DNA of 64,000 nt, from positions 82,832,001-82,896,000 of the forward strand of contig NC_043004.1 of the NCBI RefSeq assembly GCF_006345805.1, read 5' to 3'. This document shows positions 23,548-36,309 of this stretch, piece after piece. The number at the start of each line of letters is the position of its first letter. Position 1 is the stretch's first letter. A program made the translations under genes and the position numbers. Source of the DNA: Octopus sinensis (lineage: Eukaryota). A model generated the notes under the pieces. That model worked only from the letters and a program-made list of their open reading frames with translations, ran no database searches and was not told where the DNA came from.

Positions 23548-26500
23548 TTTTTTTTTCCTTCTTTCAAATTTGCTTCCATTTCTTGCCAAGTGTCTTCCCG
23601 ACTCCTAGGGCAAAGCAACTCATAGCATACATTGGTAGGCCATTAAACCAAACTCAGTAGTTCGTTCATTTATTTTTATTTTTTTATTTTTTATTTTTTT
23701 TAAAGTTAACTTAAAATACATGAGCAGCAACAGTTCTCACATCGACAATGCTCTTCTCAATACGTGTGATGTACCAGTTAAGACAATCTTTTGCACTTCT
23801 TGCAGGGATGGTAAGCCAGGGATCATTCTCATATAATTTTCGGTTCCCTTCTTGATCATTCCTAGTGCTCCTACAATCACTGGTTTTGTAACCGCCTTGA
23901 GATGCCACATTTTCTCAATTTCAATGAGTAGGTCTTTATATTTTCTGAGCTTGTCAAACTCTTTCGCTGAGATATTATGATCACAGGGGATGCTCATGTC
24001 GATCAATAAGCAAACTTTATTGTTTTGGTCTTTCACAACAATATCTGGTTTATTGGCCTTGATGGTTCGGTCTGTATGTACTGGAAAGTCCCACAGAATG
24101 GTTACATTTTCTCCTTCAGTTACAGCCTCAGGGTGGTGATTATACCACTTGTCGGCAGTTTTGATATTGTAATGCCGACTTATTAGCCAGTGGAGATATT
24201 GGCTAACTCTGTCATGTCTTAATTTATACTCCACTGGTGCTAAGACTTTACATCCAGAGATTAGGTGGTCCACTGTTTCAATCATGTCATTGCAGAATCG
24301 GCATTTTGGGTCTGCTCCATTTTTCATCACATTGGCCTGGTAGTTCCGGGTTAATAGGCTTTGATCTTGAGCAGCCAGGATGAAACCTTCGCTCTCTGCT
24401 TTTAGCCCTGAGCTCCGTAGCAACTGATGGGTTTGCTTCTGGTCAACATCAGTTTGTTTGCTGCGGGTCACATATTTGCCGTGCAGAGGTTTCTCCTCCC
24501 ACCTATCAGCCAATTGCTCGTGCGCTTTCTTCATTGCCATCATTTTCACCTTCTTTGCAACAATAGTTGCCGTACTTCCCTCGGGTTGTTCAGTTTGGGT
24601 ATCCTTTTGCTTTCCTTTATAATAGAATGAAGCTTCTTTCGTCTCTCGTGATTTTCCACGAGCTTTAGCATCCAGTCATTCGATATTTCGAGATATTTGG
24701 CCAGTCCAATTGTGGTCGTTTTGTAAGCTAGTTCAAATTGGATCAGGCCTCGACCTCCTTGAACTCTGGGAAGGTAAAGACGATCTACGTCTGCCTTTGG
24801 GTGGTGCATCCTATTACAACTCAGCAGCTTGCGTATTTTTCTATCTATATTCTTTACTTCACTCATATTCCAGTTCAACACATTGTAGCTATAAGTAACA
24901 ACTGGAACTGCTAAGGAATTTATAGGTAACACCTTGTTACGTGCATTTAGTTCAGATTTCAGGACTGCACGAAATCTCCTATAACATTCCTTCCTGATTT
25001 TCTCTTTCATGCTTGCATACTGGATACCAGAGCCTTCATTTATCCCTAAATATTTGTATGTTTGTTCTTGCTCAAGCTCTCTTATGACTGTGTCAACATC
25101 TAACACGACTGAATTTGTGGTCTTCACTTTCCCTTTCTGGAAAGTGGCCTTGGCACTCTTCTCAAGTCCAAACTCCATCCCGATGTCATCGCTGAATGCT
25201 TTCACGGTGCGCAATAGGCCTTCAAGTTCATTATTGTCTTTACCATAAAGTTTTAAGTCATCCATATAAAATAGATGGCTTATTTCTTTATTGGCAATTT
25301 TATACCCATACCCTGTTCTGTTTAATTCACTTGTAAGGGGTATTAGTGCTATGCAGAATATTAAAGGTGAAAGTGAGTCACCTTGAAAAATTCCACAGTT
25401 AATGTTTATATTTTCTGAGGCAAGTACTCCATTAGAGTGGTATAATTGGAGATTCGTATTCCACAACGACATATTGTGCTTCAGGAAGTTTGAAATCACA
25501 GGGGAAATTTTGAAGATGTCCAGCGATCTCAAGATCCATGGATGCGGTATACTGTCGAAGGCCTTTTTGTAGTCAATCCATGCGGTGCTGAGATTTCTGC
25601 GCTTGTTGTGACAGTTCTCAAGGATCATACGATTGATTAGCAGTTGATCTTTGCATCCGTAAGATCCTCGGCGGCACCCTTTTTGTTCAATGGGGAAAAT
25701 ATCGTTCTTCTCCATGAATGCATATGTTTTCTCTGCCAGGATAGATGTTAGGATTTTATACGTGGTGGAAAGACAGGTTATAGGCCGATAGTTTTTTGGA
25801 AGGTTGGTTTCGTTATTCTTTGGGAGTAGGTGAGTAATGCCACTTGCTAACCATTCAGGTGTTTTCTTTGGGTCTCTCATAATTCCATTAAGCAGCTGAA
25901 CTAGCTTACCGTGTGCGCATGGGAGCGATGCGAGCCAGAAATTCGGCACCCTATCTTTACCGGGGGATTTCCAATTATGGGCCTTCGTGAGTGCCTTTCT
26001 TAGGTCTGCTATTGTGATGTCTTCCCATGCTTGTTGTTGTAAATTTTGGTAGGATCCTTCAGTTTGTATAATACAGTCTGCATTTATGTTGTACGTCTTC
26101 TTGTCACTCCAAATCCTTTTCCAAAAGTTTTGAACTTCTTCCATGGGAGGGGGTCTTTAACGGTTACTTTCTCCTTCCCTATTTCTCTGTAGAATTTTTT
26201 GGCATTGGATGTGAACAGCTTGGACTTTTTGTTTCAGCGTTTCTTTTATTGATATCAGTTCTTCTCTTGGTGAGGATCCAAATTTTCTCTTCATCTTTCT
26301 TCCTGTTCTGGATCTTACATCATTTCCACATATTAGTTCATTTAATATTGATATTTCCCCTCTCATAAATTCAATCTCTTTCTCAATTTTACTTCTCCAG
26401 GTTTGATTTCTTCCCAGGTTTTATTTTCTTTGTTTTTTCGGGGGCATACAGCTGGTTTCAATTGCCCTAGCAGAAGCGTAAATAATTTCATTTAACTCAG

Positions 26501-27318
26501 TAAAATCAGGTTTTAATTCTCGTATTATTTCATTTGTTACATAGTTGCCAATTTGGATTTGTTTTTTATTTTGGTTTGTATTTGAGAGTTTATGAAGTGG
26601 TTCTCTATCATTCATACTTGTATGTCTTACAACTTCAAGCGTATTCAGGATTTTCTGCCTCATTTCTGCCATAGACTCTCTGTGTTCTTCAGCAAATGCG
26701 AGATCTTCAGTTACTGTTGTTTTTTTTCGTTTTCCTGGCTATCTTTAACAGGTACAATAGAATTTCTTGTATCTTCAGGCCTTTGCGTACTTTGGTCAGA
26801 TGGCAGTCTTTCAATTAAGCCTCGTGGCGGGCTATACTATTCATCTGATTCTTCATTTCCTTTGTGTCTTATATTTATGTCATTTTCCGTTGCGTGCTTC
26901 ATCGCGCTTATTTCACTGTCTGTGAGTCTGTTATTTCTAAGGATATCCCTCCTCACATTTGCTAATTTGTTCTCGTCCAAATAGGGCCTACTGTCTTGAT
27001 TCCGTGTTCTCCATATACTGTAAGAGTTTGCGGTGTGTCTCTCTTGAGATGGCCTACCTAATGCATAGTAATAAGCGTATATTACTTCTTTATACTCTTC
27101 TCGGTTCCATTTGTTCCGCTTACATTTTTCTTTCTGTGGTGGTTGTGGTGGTGAACTTGGAGGGCTCGAGTTGGGGGATTTCCCGTTCAAGTGACCATCC
27201 ATGTCCGTATTCGGAGAAGAGTTTGTGCCAGTTGATGACTTTTCGATCCCAGGCTGGCTCTTCCCTGGGGGACGCGCTTCCAGATTAACCATAGGGCAAG
27301 CGATTTGGTATTCTGATT
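23547..27318 (-). mobile_element. Near-full-length Dong/R4-type non-LTR retrotransposon (RT + CCHC zinc knuckle + restriction-like endonuclease), with a few frameshifts
   Basis: RT ORF 24546-26144 (DYKKAFDS, QGDSLSP, YMDD); ORF 23737-24549 (CRFC..ETVDHLISGC, KPDIVVKD...LLIDMSIP); N-terminal ORF 26837-27292. Flanked by (TAA)n at the 3' end and (TAA)n(GAA)n at the 5' end. Confidence 0.9.
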
Positions 27319-27388
27319 TCTTCTTCTTCTTCTTCTTCTTCTTCTTCTTCTTCTTCTTCTTCTTCTTCTTCTTTTCTTCTTCTTCTTC

Positions 27389-27435
<47 letters not shown>

Positions 27436-27438
<3 letters not shown>

Positions 27439-27716
27439 TAGTTTTATTTTTATAGCGTGCTTTCATTTCACTACCGAGCGCAGCTCTGTGTGCCTTGGGT
27501 ATGTGCTGTGATTTGTTGTGATGCTCTGATGGTTATTGTATGGAAAGTGTTCTGCGTAGGATGTGTGCAGTGCCTAGTAGTGCAATTTTCTGTATGTTAT
27601 ATGTGTTTGTAAGTCCTGGTGTTTTTGTTATGTATTTGTCTGAATTTTTTTTATCATGCCTAATGCACCTACTATGATAGGAATTGTTTCTGTTTTAGGA
27701 ATTGTTTCTGTTGAAG
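27436..27716 (-). mobile_element. 5'-truncated 3' end of a related RLE retrotransposon
   Basis: Minus strand encodes TIPIIVGALGMIKK...IQKIALLGTAHILRRTLS, paralleling the end of ORF 23737-24549; (ATT)n on both sides. Confidence 0.75.
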
Positions 27717-27747
<31 letters not shown>

Positions 27748-27748
<1 letters not shown>

Positions 27749-27980
27749 TTTTTTTTTTCTTCTTTCAAATTTTCTTCCATTTCTTCCCGAGTGTCTTCCC
27801 GACTCCTAGGGCAAAGAAACTCATAGTGTATATTGGTAGGCCATTAAACCAAACTCAGTAGTTCGTTCATTTTTTTTTTTTTTTTTAAGTTAAATTAAAA
27901 TGCATGAGCAGCAACAGTTCTCACATCGACAATGATCTTCTCAATACGTGTGATGTACCAGTTAAGACAATCTTTTGCAC

Positions 27981-27981
<1 letters not shown>
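27748..27981 (-). mobile_element. 5'-truncated copy (3' UTR plus last codons) of the 23547-27318 element
   Basis: Closely similar to 23547-23800; embedded in (ATT)n. Confidence 0.85.
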
Positions 27982-28011
<30 letters not shown>

Positions 28012-28043
28012 CATTATTATTATTATTATTATTATTATCATCA

Positions 28044-28108
<65 letters not shown>

Positions 28109-28661
28109 GAGTGAGCGAGCAGAGCATGCCATCAAAGTGACACTGGGGTAAAATATACGAAGCCTAGTATACCCATCATGACTACCCGTCTGATAAGGGT
28201 ACACCAGGCACATGCATCACAACCATATGTGTGCGACATGGTGATCTCATATCAAGATAAACAGCACATGACATTGCAGGTGGAGCCCAGTTAGAATTTT
28301 CTTCAGATCGAGTAACCCATCGCGCTCAAAAGGTCCTTGAATAAGGGTTGTTAAGGACGTTGAACGAAACACCAATGTTTCCAGAGGTGAATTATTCAAA
28401 CCCCAAAGATTCCTTCTCAACACATGGCTATGATGCTCCCCCACTACTTCTGCTCGTGATCAGAGATGCACATATCGTTAGCCACTAAGGGACATGCTCA
28501 ACTAGTTAAGGTCAAACAACTGACAAGCAAATCTGTGGTATTGAGCAGAGTATTTGCTGTAGCCCATCTTTTATACCAAGACAAAACAATGTACATGATA
28601 ACGCTTCCAATCAGTTAAGATCAGAAGCTATGAGAGCCACTGCCTGGTACTGCATCAGGGC

Positions 28662-28665
<4 letters not shown>
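28109..28665 (-). mobile_element. ~0.55-kb non-autonomous repeat with (TAA)n tail, same family as 12550-13045
   Basis: Reverse-complement match to 12550-13045; bounded by (ATT)n. Confidence 0.65.
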
Positions 28666-28694
<29 letters not shown>

Positions 28695-28739
28695 CCTTAT
28701 TATCATTATTAGTATTGCTGTTGTTGTTATAGTCTTTTT

Positions 28740-29750
28740 TTTCAGAGCGCTCAGTTTGCTCTGGTTGATCCTGTTAGAGCCGAGAGCAGATTACTGTTAA
28801 ATGTCTTACATGATCTCTTTCTGCACATTATAAGCTTTGATAATTGTGGAAGACATTCAACACTCAAATATCAATCGCAAAATCCTATCTATTCTCAACA
28901 GAGCAGACATTTGGGCTTACTCTGCTTTCATGCCAATTCAGATTTGTCTAACATTTTTCGAACCTGGTTGTTACTGTTCCGAGTGCGCCTACAACAACTG
29001 GGGTGACAGACGCTCTCCTCATAGCCGACATTCCGGCAATTTCGTCTTTTAGCAGTCTGTACTTAGCAATATTTTCTAGGTCTTTGTCACTTACGCGTGC
29101 ATCTTCAGTATCTATTATCATGGTTTCCTTTCTTTCCTTATCTACCTCAACAATGTCTGGTCTCCTACCATCGATATTGAGTCATATTTAATTGTAAAAT
29201 GCCGCAGTATCTTATATTTATTCTTCTCAGTGACTCCTTTTGATTCGTGTTCGCATAATTTCCGTACTCTGCTCAGGCTGCCCTTTTCACGTAGTTTCCA
29301 ATGAACTAAATTTTCCACGCTATCGCGCTTATTTTTGCAGTGCTTCCTATCCGGCTTGCTACATTCACTCACTATATGTGAGATTGTTTCGTTTTTGTTG
29401 TCAAAGGGGTGATTGTTATGCATTTGGAACTTGGTGTAATTAGTTCTCAGAGCTTGTTCCTGGACCTTACATATCAATGCCGATTACTTTCTCGTAGTCA
29501 CCACCAAGTCTTGTCTTTTATTTCGATTTCTCTGAGGTATTGACCATGCATGCTTATTCATTCTTCTTCATGTTGCTTTTAAATGTTTGTGGGTGCGTCA
29601 CATTTTTGGTAGATCTTGTATTGCTAATTCTAAAATCGGCGAGCAAAGAGTCACTATACTGTTTGCTGTACCATTCCAGACTGTTCGTTGACTACACAGA
29701 TATGGCATACTATGAGGCACCTTCCACCCAGCCTATCAGTATCGCTTTTG
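28740..29750 (-). mobile_element. Decayed RLE-type LINE 3' fragment
   Basis: ORF 29142-29477 (ETISHIVSECSK...VHWKL) and VVVGALG motif resemble the CCHC/RLE region. Confidence 0.6.
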
Positions 29751-30137
29751 AGCTGTAGTCTTTTGTCAATTGCCATCACCATTCTAGCTTTCCTGTCCAT
29801 TTTCTCGTGCTCATTTTGACCACTTAACAATATAATGAATTAAGGAAATATCCCATGGGTTTATTATCATTATCTTGTTTTGGCCGCTGAGATTATTTTC
29901 CATAATAAATTTGCTTCTTCTACGATATTATTATTATTATTATTATTGCGCTATTTCGCACGTTGCACCGTTCTATGTCCATATTCCGCGCAGGTTGACT
30001 TTGCCTTTCATCCCTTCTGGGGTTGATAAAATAAATACAAGTTGAACACTGTGGTCGATGTAAACGAATAATTCGAAATTATTATTATTATTATTGTTCT
30101 TCTTATTATTATCATTATTATTATTATTATTATATTA

Positions 30138-30175
<38 letters not shown>

Positions 30176-30191
30176 TATTATTATTATTATT

Positions 30192-30540
30192 AGTGTCGTT
30201 GTTGTTATGTGATGAAAACTCATAGCATATTCTGTTGGGTATGATGTAAAGTGTCAGCTATCCACAGCCATCAGATTAAGGTTGCATTTAGTTACTGTTC
30301 ATGTTTCAAAAATCGTGTGAAGAATTCTTACAGTTCCAAGCAATGCTGATTTTTGTAGGTGTTCCACCTTCACACTTGTACCAATCACTTTGGTAGTTGC
30401 GTGCTGATACTTCTAATTGTACCAATTGCTAGTGGTATTGATATTACTCTCTTCATTGACCACCGGTCCTCTGTATCTGTCTGGGCGTTCACATCTCTTA
30501 CAAACTGAGCGTACATTTTTCTCCTAGCACGCTGCTTTTT
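30192..30540 (-). mobile_element. Short decayed RLE-type LINE 3' fragment
   Basis: Minus strand reads ...VISIPLAIGTI... and LQKSALLGTVRIL; sits in (ATT)n/(GTT)n tracts. Confidence 0.5.
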
Positions 30541-30633
30541 AAAAATTATTATTATCATGATTATTATTGTCATTGTTGTTGTTGTTATTGTTATTGTAAT
30601 TGCTGTTGTTGTTGTTGTTGTTTTTGTTGTTGA

Positions 30634-30664
<31 letters not shown>

Positions 30665-30732
30665 CTTCTTCTTCTTCTTCTTCTTCTTCTTCTCCTCCTC
30701 ATTATTATTATTATTTTCTCTTTCATATGAAG

Positions 30733-30801
30733 GTACACAGCATTACGGAAAGTATTAATTTCATGCAATTCCAGGGCATAAAGCAGGAAGCCGTTTCGAA
30801 G
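30733..30801 (+). CDS. GRL-D exon 2 (23 aa, VHSITESINFMQFQGIKQEAVSK)
   Basis: ttttctctttcatatgaAG|GTA ... AAG|GTAAAG; 69 bp, phase 0/0; same length as GRL-F exon 2 (shared EA[VI]xK end). Confidence 0.85.
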
Positions 30802-30890
30802 GTAAAGAATGTTTAATATGCGGTCATCTTACATTAAGTTTTCATAAAATTTTTCTTTTTTTAATATATTTTCCCTATATATATATATAG

Positions 30891-30957
<67 letters not shown>

Positions 30958-31013
30958 ATATATATATATATATATATTATATATACATATATGTATAAAT
31001 TAATTAATAATAA

Positions 31014-31640
31014 AATATTAGGAATAAATCCAAACTTACGGGGAAAAATCAGATTTAGGATTGAATCCAATTTTATAGTAAAATATTATAGTATATTAAA
31101 TTAGAGATAAAACCACTATTAGGCAAATCATACAATGAAAAACTTAAGCCACTACATAAGATTATTTAATTTATATTATTTAAATATATAACAAAATTAT
31201 TAAAAATGATAATATTAATTATCTTTTTTAATAATTTTGTTATATATTTAAATAATATAAATTAAATAATCTTATGTATTGGCTTAAGTTTTTCATTATA
31301 TGATTTGCCAGTAGTGGTTTTAACTCTAATTTAATATAATATATATATATATATATATATAATATATATAAATAATATTAGGGAGTAAATCCAAACTTAC
31401 AGGGAAAAATAAGATTTAGGATTAAATCTAATTTTATAGTATAAATATATATATATATTATATTAAATTAGAGATAAAACCACTATTAGGCAAATCAAAC
31501 AGTGAAAATCATGAACCAATACATAGAAATAAAATTAATTAATAAAAATATATAAAATTCAAAATTTAAAATATTTAAATTAAAGTTAAAATTTTAAAAA
31601 ATATTCAAATTAATAATTTATACTTGTAAATTTTTAAATA
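31014..31640. repeat. AT-rich unit present as an inverted pair (~31090-31340) and a direct duplicate (~31373-31500); related sequence inverted at ~53350-53520
   Basis: Shared block attaaattagagataaaaccactattaggcaaatca seen in both orientations. Confidence 0.65.
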
Positions 31641-32330
31641 TATATGTATATATATATTATTATTATCATTATTGTTATTATTTAAAAAAAAAATATAACT
31701 ATCAAAGAGTATTAAAAGTTTAAAATAAGATAAAGAGTAAAACCACTACGAACGTTTCATGTCCATTAACCAATTCCAATAACAATAATTTAAATTCAAT
31801 TAATAAGTCGAATTAAGGTTATAGTCAATCTTCAGGTTAATTATAATATTTAAATGAATAATCAGAAATATTTAAACAATATTTTTTAAGAAAAAATAAA
31901 ATAATATTTTTTCTTATAAAAAACTCTATTATCAAACTAGAAACTTAACGATTATGATTATGTCATACAATCGATTATAATGTTAAATATTAATTTTGAA
32001 TTTTTATGTACTTTTTAAGTATTTAAGGTAAGAAACCCACAAATAATCTAATATCAGTTATAGTCAATATCTAATTACATAAATATTTTACAAAAATTGA
32101 CTATTCATATTATTAAATATATAATATTTGAATAATAAATAAATTATCAATGAAAATATATAAATGTATATAAATATTAGAATTAAGATCTGAAATTATC
32201 TCTATAAATAAATATATATGCACGTATAATAAAGACCTAATAAATTAATTATTCATTATTACTAATAAAAATATTAAAATATTAAAGATGAAATAGTTAA
32301 TTACAAAAAAACAAACAAACAATCTTAAAT

Positions 32331-32365
<35 letters not shown>

Positions 32366-32769
32366 CTATGATGATGCTGCTGCTGCTGATGATGATGATG
32401 ATTATGATGATGATGATATATTGTATCAAGAAGTTTTCGTGGGTTATTGTGCAGAAGGTCGCAGAATTTGCTTGCTGCAAATGCCGTCCCCAACAATTTT
32501 CTATGCAATTCTTATCTATGCGTCTAATCTTGGCCGAAGTTTACTCCACCAAGATGTAATTCTTTATTGAAATTATTCTTTGAGCATAGTTCAAAACTTT
32601 CCGATTTGTAGGAATATTTATGAGAGGTCAAGCAAATCAGGAACAGTTTCCCCAGGCACTACCTGGGAAAACATAACAAACATATCTCAGTCTGATGTAT
32701 GAAAAGGTTTTTAAACGTTTCTTGTTGTACAATCTCCGCTCATGTTATCTCTCTTCTTGTGTATTACAG

Positions 32770-32859
32770 ATATTTGTTCTCCTAAATCGTCTAATGACTG
32801 AAAGTCATGAAATTGATGTTGGTGGTTGTTTTGTAATAACTCCCTCGTCAACGCTTACG
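32770..32859 (+). CDS. GRL-D exon 3 (30 aa, IFVLLNRLMTESHEIDVGGCFVITPSSTLT)
   Basis: ctcttcttgtgtattacAG|ATA ... ACG|GTAAAT; 90 bp, phase 0/0; GR-type L.RL...I..GG.F.I pre-TM7 motif. Confidence 0.9.
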
Positions 32860-33199
32860 GTAAATGTCACAGCGATTAATAATTACTGCATTTGATTCTA
32901 TAAAAAGTGCTATATATATATATCACGTGATCACGTGACCGACCTGACCATCATATGTTGTTACACATCGCTGGTCACAATGCGTTCGCATTGTTTTTAG
33001 CCTTCGAATGACGCCACCCCACTGGCTAAGCGAGCAGGCCAACAGAAGAAAGAGTGGTGAAAGAGTACAGCAGGGATCACCCCCCCCCTCTGCCGAAGCA
33101 TCGTGGAGCTTTTAGGTGTTTTCGCTTAATAAACACTCACAACGCCTGGTCTGGGAATCGAAACCGAGATCCTACGTCCGCGAGTCCACTGCCCTATAT

Positions 33200-33372
33200 A
33201 GGTGCAGGAGAGCATGTGAAGTAAGTAGCTCGCTTACCCAACCACATGGTTCCGGGTTCAGTCCCACTGCATGGCATCTTGGGCAAGTGTCTTCTACTAT
33301 AGCCTCGGGCCGACCAAAGCCTTGTGAGTGGATTAGGTAGACGGAAACTGAAAGAAGCCCGTCATATATATG

Positions 33373-33411
<39 letters not shown>

Positions 33412-33625
33412 ATGTGTGTGTGTGTGTGTCTGTGTCTATCCCCCCAACATCGCTTGACAACCGATGCTGGTGTGTTTACGTCCCCGTAACTTAGCTGTTC
33501 GGCAAAAGACAGCGATAGAATAAGTACTAGGCTTACAAAGAATAAGTAATGCGTTCGATAAGCTCGACGAAAGGTGGTGCTGCAGTCAAATGACTGGAAC
33601 AAGTAAAAAAGTAAAAGAGTAAAAG
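33200..33625 (+). mobile_element. tRNA-derived SINE (family abundant in this window)
   Basis: Head ...ggttccgggttcagtcccactgc..., internal (TA)(TG) tract, 3' end agtaaaagagtaaaaga; other copies at 47050-47505 (-), 54650-54980 (-) and in the 36-41 kb array. Confidence 0.7.
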
Positions 33626-34927
33626 AATGAATAAATATATATATATATATATATCGATAGAAATGGTAAGACAACAAAGGAATAAAAGAGACCTCGACAT
33701 GATGTAAATAGAGGAATTTATCTATAAATGTAGTATGTGACAATTATTCGGTAAGCATGATAAAAATCCGAGTTTCGGATGTCGGAGTGGAAATCCACGC
33801 CGCTATCTCTTCAGTTCTCTGGCCATCGGAAAAAATACTATGAAAAATGACCGTTAAACAAAGAAAAATTACTGCTAAGGGGAGCGAGTAAAAGTCAGGG
33901 GGTAAATATGTTCATATTATTCACGTAAGCGGACATGTCCATACCTACACATGCGCACCCGCATATCCACACACATGCGCCTATAAGCATACACATTTTC
34001 ACCCACATCATTCTCCCCCAAAAAATATATATATACAATCTCACACACGCGCACAAGAAGGTTCATATACACGTCTATATACGCACAAGCACAAGAAAAG
34101 ACAGGTCTAAGGGCAACAATACAGAAAAAAGTGTAAATAATTATAAAAAGATGATTAAGAGTAAAAACGGCTATATATGCACATACCCGTATGGACGCAT
34201 ACAGACACGTCTATATACGCGCATATACGCACACGTCTATATGCGCGCATATACGCACACGTCTATATGCACGCACACACACACATGCACAAATATATAT
34301 ATATATATATATATATTATCATCATCATCATCATCGTTTAACGTCCGCTTTCCATGATAGCATGGGTTAGACGGTTTGACTGGGGTCTGGGAAGCCAGGA
34401 GGCTGCACCAGGTCCAGTCTGATCTGGCAGTGTTTCTACAACTGGATGCCCTTCCTAACGCCAACCACTCCGTGAGTGTAGTGGATGCTTTGTACGTGCC
34501 ACCGGCACAGGTGCCAGGCGAGGCTGGCAACGGCTACGATCGGTTGGTGCTTTTTACGTGCCACCGGCATGGAGGCCAGTCGAGGCGGCGCTGGCAACTG
34601 CCACGTTCCGATGGTTCTTTTACGTGCCACCTGTACTGGTATCACAACTACAATTTCCATTGATTTTTGATCTATTTCGATTTCACTTGCCTCAACAGGT
34701 CTTCGCAAGCAGAGTGTTGTGTCCCAAGAATGAAAGGTATGCATAAGTGGACTGGCTACATTCCAGGTAGAGGCCACGCGTTATGGTATCATATATATAT
34801 ATATATCATGCCTTTAAGTTGTTAAATATTTAATAAGCCACCCATATTATAAATAGTTTCTATGTAATAATTTTATTAATTCTCTGAAAATAACAATTCC
34901 TTCTTTTCTCTCTTTTCGACTTTTCAG

Positions 34928-34987
34928 ATGATGGGAAGTTTTATTACTTACATAATGGTGGTGATTCAAACAAAGGATTTAGAATAG
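34928..34987 (+). CDS. GRL-D exon 4 (TM7b, MMGSFITYIMVVIQTKDLE*); spliced protein 390 aa
   Basis: Long polypyrimidine tract + cAG|ATG; TY-x5-Q signature; stop TAG 34985-34987; AATAAA at 35358-35363. Confidence 0.92.
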   Translation: MMGSFITYIMVVIQTKDLE

Positions 34988-36213
34988 TATCTCTTCTTTA
35001 TTAAAGTAAATTCAATATGATATCGGATCTAACTGCATTAAATTACCATTAAATGCATTCAGACCAATCCCTGCTGCACAAAGTACATCAAGATCAAATT
35101 TTTCTTTGAGCGTAAAGATGGACTTGACACTGCAGCGTGTTCCGGATCACCCTACCGTTAAAAATCTGTTTTTCTTCTATCCTCTTTCCTATCAATTGCT
35201 GATTGATTTTTGCTTGACTAACTTACAACTGTCTGCTATCTTTTAACTGATATCTTACCATAAATAATATTTTGTCAAACCTTTTTTTTTTCATCTATTC
35301 TATTTTTCTTATTCTCTCGTCTGCACACTTTGTTTGTCACTTACTCACATTTCCATAAATAAATAACATAATATATTACTAAAAGTGTTAAACCTTAGAT
35401 TTTTTCATTATTGTAATATATTTTCTAAACATTAAATATCACTATGAATCCAGTTGCGTTAAAAATTTCTTTAACTGAAAAATATGCATGAGCATCACAA
35501 TGGAGAATGCTATCTGAAAGGAAGGAAAGATATCCATAATACATGCGCCACATGACACAGTGATATTTCGATCAATTTCATGTGTGTTTGATCAGAAAAA
35601 TCTCTTCCACTACGGCCAGACCGATGAATGTTAAAAGAACATGATCATTTCGTCATAATAATCAGTACGGAAACTTTATTTAGTTCGATGCGAACAGTTA
35701 TGTGCTAAACGGATGAATATAAGTGGGAGGATGGAGTTAAAGAATAAATATGAGACATAAGGACCTAAAATGTAAACAAAATAAACTAGTGACAGGTTGA
35801 TATTGTTCAGGGGACGGCAAAAATTTATATGCCCCTTTGTAAATGTATTTTCTCTTGCAGCAAATGAAGATAAATAAAGAAAGAATATATATGTGAAGTA
35901 TCGAAGAGGAGGCTGGAAATCGATGCACCGTACTAATCTTTCGGTTCGGTACACATTGTCATCTCAGCATTTGATTGTGCATAAATTTGCATTGAGTGTT
36001 TTTGGTGAAAAGTTGCATAGTTGCTAGGAAGTTCGCGTCGTAAATGCGTGGATTGTAGTCCAGTTAGATAGTGTGGTTCCCCGGGTAAATATTCCTTATA
36101 TAGCTGTGAACTGACGAAAGCTGGGAAGCTCGGGTTGTATATATATATATATAGGCGCAGGAGTGGATCCGTAAGAGGAAGCTTGCTTCCAAACCAACTG
36201 ACAGAAGACGTCG

Positions 36214-36278
<65 letters not shown>

Positions 36279-36309
36279 AATAATATATATTTGTGTGTGT
36301 TGTGTGTTG

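Noticed and set aside
31640-32310. Extremely AT-rich aperiodic stretch
   Set aside because: No motif, ORF or repeat unit; likely low-complexity or poor consensus.
35442-35513. Minus-strand IAFSIVMLMHIFQLKKFLTQLDS* after a good polypyrimidine acceptor, as a possible GRL-E last exon
   Set aside because: Lacks the G-S-x-x-T-Y motif, and the Q is off by one residue.
35676-35790. Minus-strand ILGPYVSYLFF segment resembling TM7
   Set aside because: No phase-0 acceptor and no Gln at the signature position.
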